A stretch of 32,720 nt of DNA from Pseudomonadota bacterium (GTDB taxonomy: Bacteria > Pseudomonadota > Alphaproteobacteria > Sphingomonadales > Sphingomonadaceae): positions 1 to 32,720 of the forward strand of contig JBKPKF010000124.1 of assembly GCA_046730995.1 (NCBI GenBank), in the 5' to 3' direction. Each line of letters starts with the position of its first letter. Positions within the stretch are counted from its first letter, which is position 1. Of this stretch, positions 27,548-32,720 are shown one piece after another. The translations under genes were made by a program, and so were the position numbers. The notes beneath the pieces are model-generated. The model had not been told where the DNA came from. It did no database searches and was given only the letters and a program-made list of their open reading frames with translations.

Positions 27548-28408
27548 ATGAGCTGGCCGCTCAAGACCTGCCTGGCGTGCCTTATCGCGCTGTTCGTTGC
27601 AGCCGACGCGCCTGCGCTTCTCTTCGATGACGAGCGGCGGATCGATGGAGCTCTCGCCAGGCTACAGCCGCAGCGGCCTGGAATCGTGGACGCGTATGTG
27701 ATTGTCGCGGCCCTGGATTCGGATCCAGTATTCGGCCGCGAAGCCCGGGAGGCGGGCCGCGTGCTTTCCCGCCGGTTCGATGCCGAGGGGCGAACGGTGG
27801 TTCTTGCCAGCGATGAGGGCGGCGACAAGGCGGACGCCGCAGCGACTCCCGGCGGGCTTGCGCGCGCGCTCGGGAAGGTCGCATCGATGATGAACCGGGA
27901 TGAAGACGTGCTCGTTCTTTACACGACGAGCCACGGATCGCCGCGCGCTGGCCTCAATTTTCGCGATCCAAAGCGCGGCGAGGCTATCATCGCTCCGGCT
28001 CAGCTTTCCGCAATGCTCGCACAGCCCGGATTCAAGAATCGCTTGATCATCCTCCAGGCTTGCTTCTCCGGACAATTCGTACCGGCCTTGGCGGCCCCAC
28101 GGACCGTCGTTGCCACCGCCGCCTCTTCGATGAAGTCGTCGTTCGGCTGTTCGGCCGGCAATGATTGGACCTTCTTCGGCTATGCTTTCATCAACCAAGC
28201 CATGCGTCAGCCCGATACGTTCGTACGACAGTTCCGGCGCGCCCTTGTGACGATCCTCGGCTGGGAACAACGCCTCGGATACGAGCCTTCGAGCCCCCAA
28301 ATCAGCGTCGGAAACGACACAGCAGGTTGGCTCGCGGCGCTCGACGCGCGCGAACCGAAGACGCCCAGCGCGCCGGTCGGGCGGCCTCCTTCGGAACTCG
28401 AGCAGTAA
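27548..28408 (+). CDS. C13 (legumain-like) family cysteine peptidase, exported
   Basis: N-terminal signal-like segment; EDVLVLYTTSHG (His), ILQACFSG (Cys), SFGC and TFFG. Confidence 0.85.
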   Translation: MSWPLKTCLACLIALFVAADAPALLFDDERRIDGALARLQPQRPGIVDAYVIVAALDSDPVFGREAREAGRVLSRRFDAEGRTVVLASDEGGDKADAAATPGGLARALGKVASMMNRDEDVLVLYTTSHGSPRAGLNFRDPKRGEAIIAPAQLSAMLAQPGFKNRLIILQACFSGQFVPALAAPRTVVATAASSMKSSFGCSAGNDWTFFGYAFINQAMRQPDTFVRQFRRALVTILGWEQRLGYEPSSPQISVGNDTAGWLAALDAREPKTPSAPVGRPPSELEQ

Positions 28409-29478
28409 TGCGGACTCTCATTCGTCCGACGGCATTCGTGGATTCACCCTTCGGTCACGACGGCAAACTCGCGCGCTTGGCCGGGGGTCTCAACTGGTTC
28501 GCTGCCGCAGAGCTGATCGAGCTGGTGGGGCATAAGCGCGCTACAACCGAGTTGGTGCCCGTAGAGGGCATTGAGCAACGCTTCGATGCCGACATGAGTG
28601 CGCAATGGACGGCACTGACGTCCCCGCGGCCACCGCTTCAGCTGGGGGAGCGGACAATCCGCCTCGACCAGCCTCAAGTCATGGGCATCGTCAACGTTAC
28701 CCCGGACAGCTTTTCGGACGGTGGTGCGTTCCAGGATGCCAGAGCTGCGGCCGAAGCCGGAGCGGACATGGCGCGAGACGGCGCCGCAGTTGTCGACGTC
28801 GGCGGAGAATCGACTCGCCCGGGTGCCAAGCTCGTGTGGGAGGGCGACGAGATCGAGAGAGCCGCTCCGGTCATCCGCCAGCTCGCGGCTGGCGGGGCCG
28901 CGGTTTCGGTCGACACCCGGAAGGCTGACGTCATGACGGCGGCGCTCGAGGCCGGTGCGCGGATGATCAACGACGTCTCGGCTCTGACCTACGACGACCG
29001 ATCAGCCGGAGTGATCGCTGCCGCCGGAGCTCCAGTGGTCCTGATGCACCATCAGGGCGCGCCCGAGACGATGCAGGACAACCCCCGCTACGACGACGCG
29101 CTGGTCGAGATCTATCTCTGGCTCGAGGAACGGATCCGTGCGGCGGAAAGCGCGGGAATCGCGCGCGACAAGATCCTCATCGATCCCGGCTTTGGCTTCG
29201 GCAAGAACGTCGCGCACAACCTGGAGCTGATGAACGGGCTGGCACTGCTCCACTCGCTTGGTTGCCCGCTGGTCGTCGGAGCGAGCCGGAAGCGAACGAT
29301 CGGGGCCCTGTCGGGAGAGGCATCAGCCGATCGGCGGCTCGGGGGAAGCATCGCCTTCGCCATCAAGGCCGCCGAGCAGGGTGCCCAAATCCTCCGCGTG
29401 CATGACGTGTTCGAAACGGTGCAGGCGTTGCGCATATGGCGCGGCCTTCGGGACCAGGCGCTGACACCACGATCCTGA
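28408..29478 (+). CDS. folP: Dihydropteroate synthase with an N-terminal extension
   Basis: MGIVNVTPDSFSDGG, DVGGESTRPG, SVDT, INDVS, LMH, DPGFGFGK, GASRK and RVHDV. TAATG overlap. Confidence 0.96.
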   Translation: MRTLIRPTAFVDSPFGHDGKLARLAGGLNWFAAAELIELVGHKRATTELVPVEGIEQRFDADMSAQWTALTSPRPPLQLGERTIRLDQPQVMGIVNVTPDSFSDGGAFQDARAAAEAGADMARDGAAVVDVGGESTRPGAKLVWEGDEIERAAPVIRQLAAGGAAVSVDTRKADVMTAALEAGARMINDVSALTYDDRSAGVIAAAGAPVVLMHHQGAPETMQDNPRYDDALVEIYLWLEERIRAAESAGIARDKILIDPGFGFGKNVAHNLELMNGLALLHSLGCPLVVGASRKRTIGALSGEASADRRLGGSIAFAIKAAEQGAQILRVHDVFETVQALRIWRGLRDQALTPRS

Positions 29479-29765
29479 TTTCGATCAGTTCATGAACGCA
29501 TAAGTCATGGTCCTGTCAGGCCGTCGCAATCTGGAACTGCCAAACAAGACAGTCGCGCTGCGCTTCGCAGCGGCCGGAGTCCGTCATGGCAGGAACCGCA
29601 CGAGTCCGTCGCGAGTCGATCCGTGAGCCACCCCGGACGCAGGGTAACCGAAACTCTCGCCCGCTGATTTATCGCCGTTTGCCGCGGAGTTACGGGACCG
29701 CCCCGATTTCGCCACAGTTAGTCATTCGTCTTCCCCACGAAAAGCGGAGGCGGTTGGCGAAGTCC

Positions 29766-31064
29766 ATGGTCAGGTCATTCCGGCGATCCGCAAGGAACCA
29801 TGCTACCAAGATCGTCTACCGGGTCGCCGGCCTTCCGATCGCAGTTCGCGCGCTGAGGCATCCGCCGCCCGATAGCCCCGGGAAGCTTGTCCGCAGTGCG
29901 TATCGATCGCGCTACTGGACGCCGGCTTCGCCCGGGGACCTGCTCGAACTGCTGCTCGGCCTGCTCCTGGCGCCGATCATCGTGATCGGGATGATGGTCT
30001 GGTTCACTGCGCGCAACGGCGGCACCATCAGGGGCCAAGCCAATCGGTCGATTCTCACCCAGCTAGGCGACCAGGTCTGGTTGTATGTGAAAGCCGGGGT
30101 CCTTCCTCCCTGGTATTATATCTACGAATTGCATCGGCATCCGGTGAAGCGCGAAGCGCGGAGCTTCATTCAGCGCTGCGAATGCAAGGACGGCGTTCCG
30201 GCCCTATTCAAGCACATGAAACCTCCGGCATCGGAACTTGCCGACAAGGCCGAATTCTCTCGCTGGTGCGAAGCGCGCGCCGTGCTCACCGTCCCGGTGA
30301 TCGCGATCGTTCGTCACGACGGCGTCGACGGGCTCTCCTCGTTGGACCAGCTTGCGGCCGACCTGTTCGTAAAGCCCATTGACGGGAAGGGCGGTCGCGG
30401 AGCGCAACGTTGGGACTATCTCGGCCCCGGCCGCCACCGGTCCTCCGACGGCAAGGTGCTCGACACCATTGGAATGCTGTTCGCCATCGCCGCCCAATCG
30501 TGGAGCGGCCCTCGAATCATTCAGCCGCGGGTTCGCAATCATTCCGATCTTGAGCTATTGAACAATGGCGCGCTCTCGACCGTCCGGGCGCTCACGTGCC
30601 TCAATGAATCGGGTGACCCCGAACTGCTTGGCGCAGTCCTGCGCATGGCGATCGGTGAAAACCGAGTCGTCGACAATCTTCACGCCGGCGGAATTGCCGC
30701 AGCCGTCGATCTCGAGACCGGCAGGCTTGGGCTTGCGAGCAACCTTGGGATGGATTGCAGCCTCGGCTGGCTCGAACGACATCCCACTTCTGGCGGCCAA
30801 ATCGAGGGATTTCGGCTACCTCATTGGGACCAGTTCCAGGCATTCACCGAGCAGGCCCACCGAGCCTTTTCCGACCGCGTCCTCATCGGTTGGGATGTCG
30901 CGATAACTCCCGAGGGGCTGACCCTTATTGAGGGCAATGGAGCACCCGACCTCGATATCATGCAGAGGGCGTATCGCCGCGGCTGGATGACTGGTCGGCT
31001 GGGGCAGCTTCTCAGTCACCACGTGGTGCAATTCGGCTGCGTGGATTTGGCTGACGCCGCTTAA
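29766..31064 (+). CDS. Sugar-transfer-associated ATP-grasp family protein with one TM helix (start uncertain, 29586-29766)
   Basis: LADK, LFVKP..GKGGRG, IIQPRV.NH, LSTVR, VDNLHAGG..AAVD..TG, LPHW and GWDVAIT...LIEGN. Confidence 0.8.
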   Translation: MVRSFRRSARNHATKIVYRVAGLPIAVRALRHPPPDSPGKLVRSAYRSRYWTPASPGDLLELLLGLLLAPIIVIGMMVWFTARNGGTIRGQANRSILTQLGDQVWLYVKAGVLPPWYYIYELHRHPVKREARSFIQRCECKDGVPALFKHMKPPASELADKAEFSRWCEARAVLTVPVIAIVRHDGVDGLSSLDQLAADLFVKPIDGKGGRGAQRWDYLGPGRHRSSDGKVLDTIGMLFAIAAQSWSGPRIIQPRVRNHSDLELLNNGALSTVRALTCLNESGDPELLGAVLRMAIGENRVVDNLHAGGIAAAVDLETGRLGLASNLGMDCSLGWLERHPTSGGQIEGFRLPHWDQFQAFTEQAHRAFSDRVLIGWDVAITPEGLTLIEGNGAPDLDIMQRAYRRGWMTGRLGQLLSHHVVQFGCVDLADAA

Positions 31065-32500
31065 GCCGCGGTGTCGATCCCGAGCTCTCCGAGCTTGCGA
31101 TAGAGCGTCGAGCGGCCGATCCCGAGCCGGCGCGCGACTTCGGTCATGCGGCCACGGTAATGGCCGATGGCAAGGCGGATGATGTCGGCCTCAATGTCTT
31201 CGAGCGGCCGCAAATGGCCGTCGCCGGTGAACAAGGTGACGCCCGGAGAGCCTGCGATCGCTTCGGCGCTGCTCGAGATGCTGAGCGTCGGCGCGAAATC
31301 GCTGCGCCGGCCCGAAAACCGCGACTGTATGGCAATATGCGGAAAATGCTCGGCGGTGAGCGAGCTTTCATTGCACTGCAGGCCGGCACGGAACAACACT
31401 CCGGCGAGCTGCCGGACATTTCCCGGCCAGCCGTAGCGCATCAACACCGCTAGTGCGTCATTGCCGATCGAAAGCGAGCGCATGCCCGTTTGGTCACAGA
31501 AACGGCTCAGCAGGTGGCGGACAAGAGCAGGGATGTCGCCGCTGCGTTCACGTAACGGCGGCAGGGTGACGGTCGTGGTTCCGATCCGCTCGGCAAGTCC
31601 GGGATTGAAGTCGTCGGGAAGCGGCCGGCTGCAAGTGGCGATAACCCGGACATCGACCGAGTGGCTGCCGTTGAGACCGACCGGGCGGACTTCGCCGGTC
31701 GCCAGAACGCGGTCGAGGCGCTCCTGCGTCTCCGGCGGCAGTGCGCCGATCTCGTCCAGCAGCAGCGTACCATTATCTGCCTGGACTACCCTTCCGGTCT
31801 TGGGCGCGAACGCGCCCGGGAACGCGCCTTTTTCATGGCCGAACAGCTCGCTGTCGATGATATTGGCCGGAACCGCCTTGCAGTCGAGCACGTGGAGCGG
31901 GCCGCGAGCGCGAAGGCTTGCCGCATGGATTGCCCGCGCGACAGTCTCCTTGCCCGTTCCCGGTTCGCCGATGATCAGGATCGGAAGGCGGTTACGGGCG
32001 GCCTTAGCGGCAACAGCGAGGGCGGCGCGAAATTCCGGAGCCGCCCCGATCAGCTGTTCGAGCGAAAGTTCGGGCGCGAGCTTCTCCGACACCGGAGCGA
32101 GCTCGCCGGCAGCCTTGCGCCGATCGGAATTGGCCGCGAGCGCCTCCAACAGCCTCTCCGGAGCGACGGGCCGGACGAGGAAATCGCTCGCCCCGGCGCG
32201 CATCGCTTCCACGGCCACCGCGACCGAATCGCCGTGTCCGAGAACGATCAGGGGAAGGTTCTCCCGTTGTTCGCGAAGCTCCGCGACGATCTTGGGGCTC
32301 GTCTCCGCGTCCCAGGAGCCGAGCAGGACGGCTTGCACCTCGCGGCCGTGGGGGCCTTGAAGCAGGGCGACGGCCATATCGCAGTCGGCTGCTCCAACGG
32401 CGCTCCAGCCTGCACGGGCGGCGATCGCCGAGATCAATCGGCGCTCATCGGCATCCGCGTCGAGCAGCAATAGGGAACGAACGCGCTCTTCGGCCATCAT
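31061..32500 (-). CDS. tacA: TacA-like REC-AAA+-HTH(Fis) enhancer-binding protein with degenerate motifs
   Basis: Walker A GEPGTGKE, SELFGHEKGAF, LLLDEIG, PPLRER and WPGNVR. C-terminal GHLRPLEDIE...MTEVARRLGIGRSTLYRK is typical of TacA. Upstream CtrA box. Confidence 0.75.
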   Translation of the reverse strand: MMAEERVRSLLLLDADADERRLISAIAARAGWSAVGAADCDMAVALLQGPHGREVQAVLLGSWDAETSPKIVAELREQRENLPLIVLGHGDSVAVAVEAMRAGASDFLVRPVAPERLLEALAANSDRRKAAGELAPVSEKLAPELSLEQLIGAAPEFRAALAVAAKAARNRLPILIIGEPGTGKETVARAIHAASLRARGPLHVLDCKAVPANIIDSELFGHEKGAFPGAFAPKTGRVVQADNGTLLLDEIGALPPETQERLDRVLATGEVRPVGLNGSHSVDVRVIATCSRPLPDDFNPGLAERIGTTTVTLPPLRERSGDIPALVRHLLSRFCDQTGMRSLSIGNDALAVLMRYGWPGNVRQLAGVLFRAGLQCNESSLTAEHFPHIAIQSRFSGRRSDFAPTLSISSSAEAIAGSPGVTLFTGDGHLRPLEDIEADIIRLAIGHYRGRMTEVARRLGIGRSTLYRKLGELGIDTAA

Positions 32501-32534
32501 CGGCTCCTTGTTGCGTCACTCTATCCCGCGAGGG

Positions 32535-32550
32535 GTAAAGGCGTGCTTAA
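32535..32550 (-). promoter_or_regulatory. Candidate CtrA box upstream of the tacA-like gene
   Basis: Minus strand TTAA-GCACGCC-TTTAC, one mismatch to consensus. tacA is an established CtrA target in Caulobacter. Confidence 0.7.
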
Positions 32551-32641
32551 AGGAGCTGAATTTCTGCAAGGGCCCTACTAGGGGTTGGGCCAGTCGCGCG
32601 GCCTTGTTATGGACGGCCGACAATCTCCTGAGGGGAATCAC

Positions 32642-32720
32642 ATGGCCGGGGACGACGAATCGATCTTGACCAACCCGCCGACGCAGGATGTCGCCGTTCA
32701 CGTCCGCGACTACACGCGGT
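32642..32720 (+). CDS. Small protein, possibly aa3-type cytochrome c oxidase subunit IV-like, 3'-truncated
   Basis: RBS GAGGGG, then MAGDDESILTNPPTQDVAVHVRDYTR..., which resembles the HxxxYxxF motif. Runs off the window. Confidence 0.45.
   Translation, partial: MAGDDESILTNPPTQDVAVHVRDYTR

Noticed and set aside
29507-29626. 39-aa ORF (MVLSGRRNLELPNK...) as a graspetide precursor for the ATP-grasp
   Set aside because: No RBS and no TxKxPSD-like or repeated core motifs, and the ATP-grasp is not of the RiPP (MvdC/D-like) type.

Overview
GC-rich alphaproteobacterial chromosomal segment. The gene content (ccrM, tacA-like, folP with an N-terminal extension, CGTC-type REPs) suggests a sphingomonad; this is an inference. 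Most of it is housekeeping and metabolic: ilvE (partial), a PadR-controlled TetA-like MFS pair, tRNA-Gln(TTG), two aldehyde dehydrogenases and an aminotransferase, a REC/EAL/PilZ c-di-GMP module, msrA, sua5, a POT peptide transporter operon with two exported amidohydrolases and NnrU, glmM, thiD, rnhB, ccrM, a C13 peptidase, folP, an ATP-grasp protein and a TacA-like activator. The most notable observations are: (1) a ~1.8 kb integrase-less mini-island bounded by the tRNA-Gln 3' end and a damaged copy of it (4885-4899), carrying only a glycine-zipper membrane protein and a signal-less SH3b-GH25 muramidase behind a near-consensus CtrA box; (2) a POT transporter with a ~80-aa periplasmic insert, translationally coupled to an active plus pseudo-enzyme amidohydrolase pair; (3) nine GANTC sites, roughly helically phased, plus NrdR-like boxes in front of ccrM; (4) a TacA orthologue that has lost its phospho-receiver residues and the GAFTGA motif; (5) a ThiD-VOC fusion; (6) a split RocR-type REC+EAL pair facing a tandem PilZ protein. 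All family calls are from motif recognition by eye; no database search was run.
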